The notes beneath the pieces were generated by a model, which was given only the letters and a program-made list of their open reading frames with translations, was not told where the DNA came from and ran no database searches. From Candidatus Omnitrophota bacterium (lineage in GTDB: Bacteria; Omnitrophota; Gorgyraeia; Zapsychrales; JANLHA01): a DNA stretch of 64,000 nucleotides. Location: assembly GCA_022711395.1 (NCBI GenBank), contig JAKLFA010000004.1:204996-268995 (forward strand), read 5' to 3'. The translations under genes and the position numbers were made by a program. Position 1 is the stretch's first letter. Each line of letters begins with the position of its first letter. Positions 50,176-59,726 of the stretch are shown here, piece by piece.

Positions 50176-51336
50176 TCATCCCTTTAATACGGCCAATGGC
50201 ATAAGCTCTATGACAGGATCGACCAGATCCTTCTGCTCTTCCATCACAAGATGGATATCTTTGTAGGCGCTTGAGGCTTCATCCAGGTCATTTTTTGAAC
50301 GAATAGAGTGTAAAATTCCCTGAATTTGAAGTTTTTCCTGTTCCGCGATCAGATCAAGGACTTTTCGTGCCTTATGACGGCTCATCAGCCGGCCTGCCCC
50401 ATGGGAACAAGAACAAAAACTTTCGGGGTTTCCCTTTCCTTTAACAATATAAGACACGGTCCCCTGAGAACCCGGAATAATGCCGACCTGATCCTTATAC
50501 GCTGCTGTGGCCCCCTTGCGGTGGACCCAAACCTTTTGACCAAAATGCTCTTCAAGAGAAGCATAATTATGATGGATATTGATGATCTGGCCGAATTCAC
50601 AGGGCGCAATATCCACAAAACATTGCTCAACATATTCAAGCATCAGCTCCCGGTTGCGGAAAGCGAATTCCAGGGCGAAATTCATGGCCTGAACATACTC
50701 ATCAAACTCTTTGCAATCATTGGGCAAAAAGGCCAAACCCCCTTCTCCGTGATATTGAGGAAGGTGAGGAAAACGCTTGGCGTTTATGCTCTGGGCTTTT
50801 TGATTATATTCCTTGGCGATCTTGTAGCCAAAATTACGGCTCCCGGAATGCACCATGATCCAGACAAAGCCATCTGAACCTTTTTGGATCTCGATAAAAT
50901 GATTTCCTCCTCCCAAAGAGCCGATCTGTCGGCGCGCGGAATCCAGCTCTCGTTCGATGACCGGAACTTGCGGCGCCCGCGAAAACCCATCCCACTTCTG
51001 GGCCTTTTTGTGATGTTCAAAACCTAAAGGAATCCTATGACGGATGGCAGAAAGGATTTTTTTAAGTTCCTCTTTGGAAATGTCCCTCAAAGAACTGCGC
51101 ACAACGCTCATGCCACACCCAATATCAACACCGACAGCGTTGGGGATGACCGCATCAACACAGGCCGCCACTCCACCGATAGGCATTCCATAGCCGGCGT
51201 GCGTGTCCGGCATGAGGCAAACGTGCTTAAACACGAACGGCAAAGCGGCCACATCACGGGCCTGGTCCAGCGCGTCCTGTTCGGGATGTTCACACCAGCT
51301 TTTGATCGGGACTTTTGCTCCCTGTATGACCTTCAT
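50176..51336 (-). CDS. rtcB: RNA ligase RtcB
   Basis: PDTHAGYG, HNYA and SHGAGR motifs. The start (MKVIQG) lies directly at the dinB stop. Confidence 0.8.
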   Translation of the reverse strand: MKVIQGAKVPIKSWCEHPEQDALDQARDVAALPFVFKHVCLMPDTHAGYGMPIGGVAACVDAVIPNAVGVDIGCGMSVVRSSLRDISKEELKKILSAIRHRIPLGFEHHKKAQKWDGFSRAPQVPVIERELDSARRQIGSLGGGNHFIEIQKGSDGFVWIMVHSGSRNFGYKIAKEYNQKAQSINAKRFPHLPQYHGEGGLAFLPNDCKEFDEYVQAMNFALEFAFRNRELMLEYVEQCFVDIAPCEFGQIINIHHNYASLEEHFGQKVWVHRKGATAAYKDQVGIIPGSQGTVSYIVKGKGNPESFCSCSHGAGRLMSRHKARKVLDLIAEQEKLQIQGILHSIRSKNDLDEASSAYKDIHLVMEEQKDLVDPVIELMPLAVLKG

Positions 51337-52523
51337 GACCTTTTTTCCTCGTCCCTGTCCGGACAAGCCCCGGCCCGGCGAATAGAATCATTGCCAAACC
51401 GGTCCTGAATATCATCAAGCGCCTGATGAATGGCTTCCCGGCGCTGATCTTTTACATTCGAAAACAGGCTCTCCTGGACATAAGCGTCCTCAAAATTAGA
51501 AACGCGCACCCCTACCAAGCGGATCGCCTCATTTTTCCGGTAATGCCGCAAGAACAGCTCTTTGGCCGTTCTAAAAATAACGTCCGCGTGATTGGTCCGC
51601 TCTGAAATGGTCAAGGCGTGGGAATGCGTATAGAAGCCTTTTAAACGCACTTTCAGAGTTATGGTCCGCCCCTTTAATTGATGGTTTCTGAGACGGCGTG
51701 AGACCTTTTCCGAAAGCCTTAAAATAGTATCCAGGGCATATTGGCGGTCTTGTGTGTCCTCATCAAATGTCTCTTCATTGGAAACCGATTTGATCTCATC
51801 CGAGACCTCCACGGGACGATCGTCGATCCCGTGGGATAGATGATAAAGATGTTCCCCCAGCGCGCCAAAGTGTTGCTGTAAAAAAGGCTGGCTCTGTCCG
51901 GCCAGATCCCCGACCGTCAGGATATTAAACGCTTTCAACACCTCCGCCGTCTTAGGTCCGACTCCCCACAGACGCTCGACAGACAAAGGCAAAAGGAACT
52001 CGTTGACTCCGGCAGGATCGACCTCCACCAGCCCGTCGGGCTTCTTCAGGTCTGAGGCGATCTTGGCCAGCATTTTGTTGGGCGCGATCCCCACCGAAGC
52101 GGTCAAACCCGTCCTGGCCAGCACGCTGTCTTTTAATTTTCTGGCAGCTTCCGCCGGTGTGCCAAATAAATGGCAGCAGCCACCCATATCCAAAAAGGCT
52201 TCATCAATGCTGACGGGTTCAATATCCGGCGTGAACTGCTCAAAGACCTCAAAAACATCCTCGGACGCCCGCTGATAACGCTCCATATCCGGAAGAAGAT
52301 AAACACCGCCAGGGCAACGGCGGTACGCCTCTGTGATCGGCATGGCGGAACGCACTCCAAAGGCTCGGGCTTCATACGAACAGGTCGAAACAACTCCCCT
52401 GCCCTTGCCCTCCTTCGGATCAGCCCCAACGATCACGGGCTTGCCTTTTAAAGAAGGCTGGTCGCGCTGCTCCACGCTCGCGAAGAACGCGTCCAAATCG
52501 ACATGAAAAATGATCCTTGTTTT
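51333..52523 (-). CDS. dinB: DNA polymerase IV (Y-family translesion polymerase)
   Basis: IIFHVDLDAFFASVE catalytic motif, SIDEAFLD, and little-finger domain. Confidence 0.85.
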   Translation of the reverse strand, partial: KTRIIFHVDLDAFFASVEQRDQPSLKGKPVIVGADPKEGKGRGVVSTCSYEARAFGVRSAMPITEAYRRCPGGVYLLPDMERYQRASEDVFEVFEQFTPDIEPVSIDEAFLDMGGCCHLFGTPAEAARKLKDSVLARTGLTASVGIAPNKMLAKIASDLKKPDGLVEVDPAGVNEFLLPLSVERLWGVGPKTAEVLKAFNILTVGDLAGQSQPFLQQHFGALGEHLYHLSHGIDDRPVEVSDEIKSVSNEETFDEDTQDRQYALDTILRLSEKVSRRLRNHQLKGRTITLKVRLKGFYTHSHALTISERTNHADVIFRTAKELFLRHYRKNEAIRLVGVRVSNFEDAYVQESLFSNVKDQRREAIHQALDDIQDRFGNDSIRRAGACPDRDEEKRS

Positions 52524-52680
52524 CATCGTAAGTATTGTATGAAGCACCTTGAGATCCGTCAAATGCCCGCTGAAGAACCGAACAAAAAACAAAAACACCC
52601 GTTTTCGATCTTACAAACGGAGCTCCTTTGATGAATAATTTTTCCGACGGAAAAATTAAAAATTTTCATCAACATAACGC

Positions 52681-52708
52681 TTGCATCAAAAAAACATTTT
52701 GATATAAT
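52681..52708 (+). promoter_or_regulatory. sigma70 promoter with extended -10: TTGCAT-N14-TGaTATAAT
   Basis: TTGCATcaaaaaaacattttGATATAAT about 40 nt upstream of an AAAGGAG SD for the 73-aa ORF. Confidence 0.55.
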
Positions 52709-52749
52709 CAATTTCCTTTTTAGGACCGAACGTTTCAAAGGAGATCACC

Positions 52750-52971
52750 ATGTCACAAATCACATATAATCTATTGAAAGATCCTTGCGCCCATTATGAG
52801 ATCCGCAAACATAAATGGTTTTTAAGCGAAAAGGCCGGCCGCGAGATCGGGTTCGCCACCGCCGCCGTCGATTGGGTTGCCAATTACGGGGATGCTTGGA
52901 GGCTGTATCGTTTCAGTGCTCTTTTCAAGCCCGAGCATCACCAGGCGGAAGCTCTAAGCGGCCGTTCTTAG
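52750..52971 (+). CDS. small conserved-looking protein (73 aa) with HKWFLSEKAGREIG motif; possibly a DUF4032-like module
   Basis: Strong promoter plus SD. The motif resembles the W(Y/F)LSE(K/Q)AGRD(I/V)G signature of a DUF family, recalled from memory. Confidence 0.5.
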   Translation: MSQITYNLLKDPCAHYEIRKHKWFLSEKAGREIGFATAAVDWVANYGDAWRLYRFSALFKPEHHQAEALSGRS

Positions 52972-53657
52972 CCGTTTGATCCTGCGAAAAAATTCCGGAG
53001 GCCGGTCCGGCAGGAATCTTTTAAAGGACAGCCTGCGCAAACCGGACGGGCGCGGCAATGTTCCTTGGCCAGACGGACGATCAAGGCGTGATATTCATTA
53101 TACAAACGGACGTCCTCCGTCAGGCGATCCATGAACAACAGCCTCACCTGATCGTAAGACGCTTCGCTTTCGATCACGCCATACCGGTGAAAAATCCGTT
53201 TGGTATAGGCGTCCACAACAAACGTCGGCCGGTCAAAGGCATATAAAAGAATGGAATCGGCCGTCTCGGGGCCGACTCCGTTGACGCTTAAGACCTTTTC
53301 CCGCGCTTCCTCCACAGGGATACTCCGCAACGCGCGCCAGTCCGAGTTCATCCCTTCAACAAAGAACCGGACAAAGTTCTTGAGCCTGCGCGCCTTCACG
53401 TTGAAATACCCCGCGGGCCGGATATGACGGGCGATCACTACATCATCCGTCCGGTGCAGTTTTTTGAAATTCAAAAGCTTGGCCTTGCGCAAATTGGCCA
53501 ATGCTTTTTCCACGTTCTGCCAGTTGGTGTTCTGTGTGAGGATGGCCCCGATGATGATCTCTGTCTTTGTCCGGCCCGGCCACCAGCCCTGAGGCCCAAA
53601 ATGAGAGAACATCTTGCGATAGATCGAATAGAATTCTTGAGGACGAACGGTATGCAT
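52968..53657 (-). CDS. endonuclease III-like HhH-GPD DNA glycosylase with 4Fe-4S cluster
   Basis: HhH motif LSVNGVGPETADSIL, catalytic Asp and a C-x5-C-x2-C-x5-C cluster. Start at MHTV chosen to avoid overlap with the upstream lipoprotein. Confidence 0.7.
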   Translation of the reverse strand: MHTVRPQEFYSIYRKMFSHFGPQGWWPGRTKTEIIIGAILTQNTNWQNVEKALANLRKAKLLNFKKLHRTDDVVIARHIRPAGYFNVKARRLKNFVRFFVEGMNSDWRALRSIPVEEAREKVLSVNGVGPETADSILLYAFDRPTFVVDAYTKRIFHRYGVIESEASYDQVRLLFMDRLTEDVRLYNEYHALIVRLAKEHCRARPVCAGCPLKDSCRTGLRNFFAGSNG

Positions 53658-53692
53658 AAAAGACAAAAAAGGCCCTGCGCTGATCGCCGCCT

Positions 53693-54121
53693 TTAGCGTG
53701 AAGCGTCCGCGCCTTCGTGGACCCAATCCAAAAGGTTCCCTTGGAAATCGAAGTACAAATAGACCTTATCGGTATCCTTGTATTTCGTCGCGTAGCGGTA
53801 AAGCCACTCTTCCACCGGACGGGCGTCGCGTTCCGTAACGCGCGAAAAGACCGGGCTTCCGAACTCCCGCCGGACGCGGACGGCTGTTTTATACTCCTTA
53901 AACCCTCCCCCGCTGATGCTGGCGAGCAGGGCATCGAACTGCTGGTTCTGCTTTTTAACTTCTTCGGAAAGATCGGATTGCTCCTGAGAATATCTCTTCA
54001 GCGTTAACAGCTGCGGCAAATGCTGCATCTTTTTCACAAAAGAACATCCTGAAAAAAAGACACACAGCACAAAGCACAAAACGTAAACCACAATGTGTTT
54101 CTGAAAAGAAAATGGCCTCAC
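53693..54121 (-). CDS. hypothetical lipoprotein
   Basis: Signal peptide with lipobox FFSGC. Confidence 0.5.
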   Translation of the reverse strand: MRPFSFQKHIVVYVLCFVLCVFFSGCSFVKKMQHLPQLLTLKRYSQEQSDLSEEVKKQNQQFDALLASISGGGFKEYKTAVRVRREFGSPVFSRVTERDARPVEEWLYRYATKYKDTDKVYLYFDFQGNLLDWVHEGADASR

Positions 54122-54199
54122 GTCCCCACCTTTGTTTTAAAACCATTCTATCCTAACAAAAAAGATCGTTCCGCTCCAGAAGAAATTCGCTGCCCCTGA

Positions 54200-56155
54200 T
54201 CATTCCGACGGGCCTTTCTGGATCGTTTCGAATTCCTCTTTCAATTCATTGATCTGCATCGAGAGGGCTCGCTGTTCTTTCGGGATATCCTTCAAACGGC
54301 TTCCATATTCTTTCAAAAGCTCAGGGTCTTTTCCATACGAATTGCCGATCACGCGGGCCTTGACATAACTCTCGGTGTCGAGGTCCTTGATCTGTTTTTC
54401 CAGACGGCTGATCTCCGTCTTGATCTGTGACAGGCGCTTTAACGCGGCCTTGTGCTTGTCCCTGCTTAACCTGGCCTTCTGATTTTCCGGCTGTTCCCGA
54501 TCCTTTTTTTTCTGGGCCGCTGAAAGATCTTTCACCTTTTGGGAAACGCGCTCATTCATGCCGGCATGCGGAATATTTCCCTGCTTCTTATCTAAATAAT
54601 ATTCTAACCCGCCGGGATAACTTTTGATCTGGCCGTCATTGACCTCAATAATATGGTCCGCGACTTCTTTGACAAAGAACAGGTCATGGCTTATGAAGCA
54701 CAACGTCCCTTCGTAGGCTTTGAACGCTTTGGTCAGCGCCTCCACCCCGTGGATGTCCAAATGCGTCGTGGGTTCGTCCAGCAGAATAAAATTCGGCGGA
54801 TTGATCAAAAGCTTCGCTAGAATCAGCCGGCTCTTTTCCCCGCCGGAAAGGACCTTGACCAGTTTAAAAACATCGTCTCCGTGAAAATTAAAAAGCCCTA
54901 AAAGAGAGCGCATCTGCCCGGCCGGGATGGAAGAGGAACTGGCAGAGCCCAGTTCATCAAGGACCGTGCGGTTGGGGTTCAGAACATCCAGGCGCGTCTG
55001 TGAAAAGTAACCGCGCTTGACATTGTGCCCCAGTTTGATCGAACCCTGATCCGGGCTGAGGACCCCGGCCAACATCTTTAAAAGCGTCGATTTTCCGGCG
55101 CCATTAGGACCGACGAGGCAGAGCTTCTGCCCACGGATCAATTCCATGTTCAGATCTTGATAGACCGTCTTGGGCCCATACGTTTTCCCGATCTTCTCAA
55201 GGCTGGCCACCATATAACCGCTCTGTTCGGTCACCGGGACTTCAAAATCTTTGATGCTTTGATATTCCTGGGCAAGTTCGGGAGTATCCATCCGCTCCAG
55301 CATCTTACGTTTATTGCGCACAGCCGCCGCCCGGTTGGGCTGAGCGTGAAAGCGCTGGGTAAAACGTTCCAGTTGCTGACGTTTTTTTTCGATCACCTTA
55401 CGCTGACGTTCCAGATGTTTCTGTTCAATGCCTTTTTGGCTTTCATAAGCTTCGTAATTTCCTTTGACCTTGGAGACCTGGCCGTTCTCAAGAAGGATCG
55501 TGTAATTGGTCACATCGTTCAAAAAAACCTTATCATGAGAGATCATCACGAAGGTCCCCTGATACGCCGCTAAAAAATCCTTAAGCCACAGCGTGGCGCT
55601 CAGATCCAGATAGTTCGTGGGCTCATCCAGCAGCAGCAGATCATACGGATAAACTAACAACCGTGCCAAAAGCGTGCGCATCTGCCATCCGCCGCTCATC
55701 TGCAGAATCGGCTTGTGAAAATCCTTTTCCGAAAATCCGAGGCCCATAAGGATCTTCTCGGCTTTATGCTCAATGTCATAGATCCCCAAGACTTCCAGCT
55801 CCTGGGTCACGTCGCCGTAACGCGCGCTCGCCGCCAAGCCCTTCTCTTCCAGATGCCTCTTTTCATGAAGCAGGGACTTGATCCTGTCATCGCCGATAGT
55901 GACCTCTTCTAGCACGGTCCGGTCGGATTTGAAGGTCGCCTCCTGCGGAAGGTATCCGATCCGCAGGTTCTTCTGCCGCTGAACGTCGCCTTCTGTGGAT
56001 TCCAGTTCTCCGCGGAGGATCGAGAACAGCGTGCTTTTCCCTGATCCATTCGGTCCGGTCAGGCCAATTTTTTCGCCGGGAAAAATGCTTAACGAAACGT
56101 CCTTGAACAAAAACCGTCCCGTAAAATTCTTTGATAAATTCGTGATCGTGATCAT
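54200..56155 (-). CDS. ABC-F family ATPase (Uup/EttA-like) with C-terminal coiled-coil
   Basis: Two ABC cassettes (GPNGSGKST, GPNGAGKST) and no TM domain. Confidence 0.85.
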   Translation of the reverse strand: MITITNLSKNFTGRFLFKDVSLSIFPGEKIGLTGPNGSGKSTLFSILRGELESTEGDVQRQKNLRIGYLPQEATFKSDRTVLEEVTIGDDRIKSLLHEKRHLEEKGLAASARYGDVTQELEVLGIYDIEHKAEKILMGLGFSEKDFHKPILQMSGGWQMRTLLARLLVYPYDLLLLDEPTNYLDLSATLWLKDFLAAYQGTFVMISHDKVFLNDVTNYTILLENGQVSKVKGNYEAYESQKGIEQKHLERQRKVIEKKRQQLERFTQRFHAQPNRAAAVRNKRKMLERMDTPELAQEYQSIKDFEVPVTEQSGYMVASLEKIGKTYGPKTVYQDLNMELIRGQKLCLVGPNGAGKSTLLKMLAGVLSPDQGSIKLGHNVKRGYFSQTRLDVLNPNRTVLDELGSASSSSIPAGQMRSLLGLFNFHGDDVFKLVKVLSGGEKSRLILAKLLINPPNFILLDEPTTHLDIHGVEALTKAFKAYEGTLCFISHDLFFVKEVADHIIEVNDGQIKSYPGGLEYYLDKKQGNIPHAGMNERVSQKVKDLSAAQKKKDREQPENQKARLSRDKHKAALKRLSQIKTEISRLEKQIKDLDTESYVKARVIGNSYGKDPELLKEYGSRLKDIPKEQRALSMQINELKEEFETIQKGPSE

Positions 56156-56158
56156 ATG

Positions 56159-56896
56159 TTATGCGTTTATCTTAACGCCTTCTTTTAATTGTTTCACTTC
56201 CTCCAAGCTCAGATGACGCCACTTCCCCCGCGCCAATCCCCCCAGCCGCAGCGGCCCATGCTGGATCCGTTTCAGATACACGACCTTACGCCCCAGTGAT
56301 TCGCACATCCGCCGGATCTGACGCTTACGCCCCTCATGGATCAAAAGTTCGAACCGTGTCTTGCCAGATTTGACAGAACGCCGGCTAAGCTGAGCTGGAG
56401 ATGTCTTCCTTCCATCCAAAGAAATCCCGGCGCATAATTTTTTTGCGTCCTGCTCGGTCAAAGCTCCTTCCACCCAGACCTCGTAGCGCTTACCGACATC
56501 GAACTTAGGATGCGTCAACGCGTATAGGAAATCTCCGTCATTGGTCAAAAGAAGAAGCCCCTCTGTGTCCTTATCCAGGCGACCGACCGGATTCAGCCCT
56601 TTTAAAGACGGAGGTAACAGGTCCGTGACGATCCTTTTGGCGAACTGGTCCGCCCTGGAGGTCACAAAGCCGGCGGGCTTATGCAGCATCACGTATTCAT
56701 GACGCTGAACGCGCACGGTCCGGCCGCCGGCGCAGACCCTGTCGCGGTCCGCCACAATGGGAAACGAAGGTTCGAACACGGTCTTTCCGTTGACCGTGAC
56801 CATCCCTGAACGGATCAGGTCCATAGCTTTGCGCCGGGAACAAAAACCGGAATGCGAAATAAAAACCTGCAACCGCTCACTGCTTTCTTTCATCAT
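56159..56896 (-). CDS. pseudouridine synthase, RsuA/RluB family (S4 domain)
   Basis: N-terminal S4 domain and PUS core GRLDKDTEGLLLLTNDG. Confidence 0.8.
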   Translation of the reverse strand: MMKESSERLQVFISHSGFCSRRKAMDLIRSGMVTVNGKTVFEPSFPIVADRDRVCAGGRTVRVQRHEYVMLHKPAGFVTSRADQFAKRIVTDLLPPSLKGLNPVGRLDKDTEGLLLLTNDGDFLYALTHPKFDVGKRYEVWVEGALTEQDAKKLCAGISLDGRKTSPAQLSRRSVKSGKTRFELLIHEGRKRQIRRMCESLGRKVVYLKRIQHGPLRLGGLARGKWRHLSLEEVKQLKEGVKINA

Positions 56897-57688
56897 CTAC
56901 CGCCTTTGACGTAACGCTTCATAAACAAGGATCGCGGCCGTATTGCTCACATTGAGCGAATCAGCCTTCCCCAGCATCGGAATGGACATCTGAATATCGG
57001 CATGCTGAACCCAAAGATCGCTTAGGCCCTTATCTTCAGACCCCAGCACGATCGCTACCGCTCCGGTCAAGTCCGTCATGTAATAGCTCTGCTGTCCTTC
57101 GGGCGTCGCCGCGATGATCCGGATCTTGCGTTCCTTGAGGAATTGGCATGTCTCAAAAGCGCTGGCCTGCATGATCCTCATGGAAAAAATAGTCCCCGTG
57201 CTTGAACGAATAACGTTCGGATTATAAATATCCGTCCTGAGATCGGTCACGATTACCGCATCAACGCCGGCACCGTCGCAGCTTCGTAAGATCGCCCCCA
57301 AATTGCCAGGTTTTTCGATCTGATCCAGGATAACGACCAAGGGGTCCGCTTTCAATGCTGCCGGGTCCAGGCCCTGCCGGGGGATCCGGCACGTGGCCAG
57401 GACCCCTTCGGTGCGGTCCCCGAAACACATCTTTTCAAAAACAGAAGTAGAAACTTCCACCAATTCCCGCCCCCAGGAACGCACCTCATCACAAACAGCC
57501 TGCCCTCCGAAAACTTTCAGGTCATCGAAACACACAAAGATCTCATTAAGCTCGATCCCGCTTTGATAGGCCCTCCGGACCTCTCTTAAGCCATCAACAA
57601 CCGTCAGCCCGAACAGATCGCGGTATTTACGATGTTTGAGCTTAACGGTCCTCTTAACACGGGGATTGGTCGTACTGGTGATCATGCT
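56897..57688 (-). CDS. rlmB: SpoU/TrmH-family rRNA 2'-O-methyltransferase (RlmB-like)
   Basis: SPOUT motifs (ILDQIEKPGNLGAILRS, LGSEDKG, NVSNTAAI). Internal start MITSTTNP. Confidence 0.7.
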   Translation of the reverse strand, partial: SMITSTTNPRVKRTVKLKHRKYRDLFGLTVVDGLREVRRAYQSGIELNEIFVCFDDLKVFGGQAVCDEVRSWGRELVEVSTSVFEKMCFGDRTEGVLATCRIPRQGLDPAALKADPLVVILDQIEKPGNLGAILRSCDGAGVDAVIVTDLRTDIYNPNVIRSSTGTIFSMRIMQASAFETCQFLKERKIRIIAATPEGQQSYYMTDLTGAVAIVLGSEDKGLSDLWVQHADIQMSIPMLGKADSLNVSNTAAILVYEALRQRR

Positions 57689-58899
57689 TTGGCCGCTTTC
57701 TTTAAAATATCCGCGATCCCCTGATTGATCCGAAAATTCTCCGTCGACCAAGACTGGATGATCTTTGCGCGGTGATCCCGCCAAAGATCCGCATAGGTTT
57801 CCCACCCGGCCTTGGGCCCCGGGCGGTTCACCCAAAGGTCATTGGGCATATAACTGTAAATCCCGTCTGGGAACATATGGCTCTTGACCGCCTTGAACGT
57901 CCAGTACGTCCAGTGGAATCCCTCCTGCGCGAAACAATCCAAGACATCAACAAGCCAAAGGTCCTCTCCCCATAAACCGGCACGGGAATTGACCCCGAAC
58001 TCTCCCACATAGACAGCCCTTTTCTTTTTGCGCGCAAAACGGGCGTAGCGCCCCACCATGCGCTGAAGGGTATTCCGGTCAAAAACGCCTTTTTTGGAAC
58101 GTAACGGATATTTCAACTCTGGCACCGAATTAAAAACAAATTCGATCGGATGATAGAAATGGATGCTCCAAACCAAATTCTCATCATCAAAATCATCCAA
58201 ACTTTGAAGATCGGTCGCCCAGCGGTTCCCCTCCACGAACACGATCTGACGTGAACCCGCTGCCCGAATGGCCCGGATCGCCTGCTTATAAAAAGAATTC
58301 ATCATGCGGGGGTCATGGATCACGGCCTCATTGAGAAGATCATATCCGGCGACAGCCACATGGTCTTTATAACGATCCGCCAAAAATCCCCAAATAGCGC
58401 AGGCCCGTTTTTGTCCTTGTGCCGAATTCCAGAATCCGGCCTTACCTAAAGAATCCGAGTGCCAGTCATGGTTCTGGGAACCGGGCGCGGCGTGCATATC
58501 CAGAAGGACCTTCAGCCCGCAATCCTTCGCCCACCGCAAGGCGCGGTCAATATGCGCCACCCCGTCGGGATCCATCTTAAAAGGAGCCGCTTCGATCAGC
58601 CCATAATGAAACGGCAGGCGGATACAGTTAAAACCCAGCGCCTTGATCCGTTCAAAATCCGAACGCTGGATGAATCGCTGGCAGAACGACCGTTCAAGGT
58701 CCTCAAGGGCCTTCTTCCCCAAACGCAGGGCGAAATCCTTTTTGAAATTCCGCACGGCGATATTGCGGGCGCCCATGATATAACCCTCCATCATCAGCCA
58801 GCCGCCAAGATTAACGCCTTTTAGCCGCACCGGACCTTTTTCATTACGGATCACACCGTTGACAACGCTGAGATGGCCGCTCATGTCCCACCCTTTCAA
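57682..58899 (-). CDS. glycoside hydrolase family 5 enzyme, no signal peptide
   Basis: GVNLGGWL, NE acid/base (DLLNEAV) and GEFG nucleophile motifs. Confidence 0.7.
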   Translation of the reverse strand: MKGWDMSGHLSVVNGVIRNEKGPVRLKGVNLGGWLMMEGYIMGARNIAVRNFKKDFALRLGKKALEDLERSFCQRFIQRSDFERIKALGFNCIRLPFHYGLIEAAPFKMDPDGVAHIDRALRWAKDCGLKVLLDMHAAPGSQNHDWHSDSLGKAGFWNSAQGQKRACAIWGFLADRYKDHVAVAGYDLLNEAVIHDPRMMNSFYKQAIRAIRAAGSRQIVFVEGNRWATDLQSLDDFDDENLVWSIHFYHPIEFVFNSVPELKYPLRSKKGVFDRNTLQRMVGRYARFARKKKRAVYVGEFGVNSRAGLWGEDLWLVDVLDCFAQEGFHWTYWTFKAVKSHMFPDGIYSYMPNDLWVNRPGPKAGWETYADLWRDHRAKIIQSWSTENFRINQGIADILKKAAKA

Positions 58900-59711
58900 T
58901 CTGAGAAATACTTTTTCAAAAAGACCCTCACGCCGCCTTCAAAAGTTTCCATCGAATCCGAATACCCTTCGTTATGTGTCCCGGAAATCTTTAAAAGCTC
59001 CTTCGGAGCGGGTGCGGCATCATAAAGCCTTAAAGCCATTTTATACGGGACCAATTCATCAAATGGGGAATGAATGATCAGTTTCGGAACCGTGACCCGT
59101 TTGATCTTGGATAACGTGTCCATACGCGTTTTGACCATAAAGCGCGGAGCGATCGGCAGGATCTTTTTTGCCATATCCGGCGCTGAAGTGAATGTCGATT
59201 CCAGGATCAGGCCGTTGACATGACGTTTCGTCGCCAGATCAGCAGCGGCGGCACCTCCCAAAGAAACCCCGTAGGCGATGATCCTGTCCTGACGAATGTC
59301 CGGCCGCGCCTTGATATGATCAAATGCCGCCTGGGCGTCCAGATAGATCCCCTGTTCACTGGGAGCCCCTTCGCTTTTTCCATATCCCCGATAATCGATG
59401 ACAAAAACATTGATCCCGATACGATGAAGGATCTTCAGGCGCTCGATACGGTCGCTGATATTGCCGGCATTGCCATGAAAAAAGATCAGCGTTGCGGCCC
59501 GTTCAGGATGCTGAGAAGCCTTCACAAGCCATCCATTAAGTTTGACCTTATCTTCTGTCTCAAAAAAAATATCCTCAAACTCTAACCCGGCATCAGACGG
59601 AAAGGCATCGACCATGATCGATGGCAGAAAAACTGTCCGCCGTTCCGTCATCCGCACGTAACCAAAAAGGCTGAAAAACGCCACAACGATCAACAATACG
59701 GCCTTTAGCAT
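58896..59711 (-). CDS. membrane-anchored alpha/beta hydrolase (BEM46/ABHD-like)
   Basis: N-terminal TM, HGNAGN oxyanion region and GVSLGG nucleophile elbow. Confidence 0.7.
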   Translation of the reverse strand: MLKAVLLIVVAFFSLFGYVRMTERRTVFLPSIMVDAFPSDAGLEFEDIFFETEDKVKLNGWLVKASQHPERAATLIFFHGNAGNISDRIERLKILHRIGINVFVIDYRGYGKSEGAPSEQGIYLDAQAAFDHIKARPDIRQDRIIAYGVSLGGAAAADLATKRHVNGLILESTFTSAPDMAKKILPIAPRFMVKTRMDTLSKIKRVTVPKLIIHSPFDELVPYKMALRLYDAAPAPKELLKISGTHNEGYSDSMETFEGGVRVFLKKYFSD

Positions 59712-59726
59712 ATGTTCGTCCTGTGA

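Noticed and set aside
52524-52749. LexA/SOS box upstream of dinB
   Set aside because: No Cheo-box GAAC-N4-GTTC or CTGT-N8-ACAG palindrome was found by eye, only a GAACGTTTC-like fragment. The LexA box consensus of this lineage is unknown, so this was left unscored.
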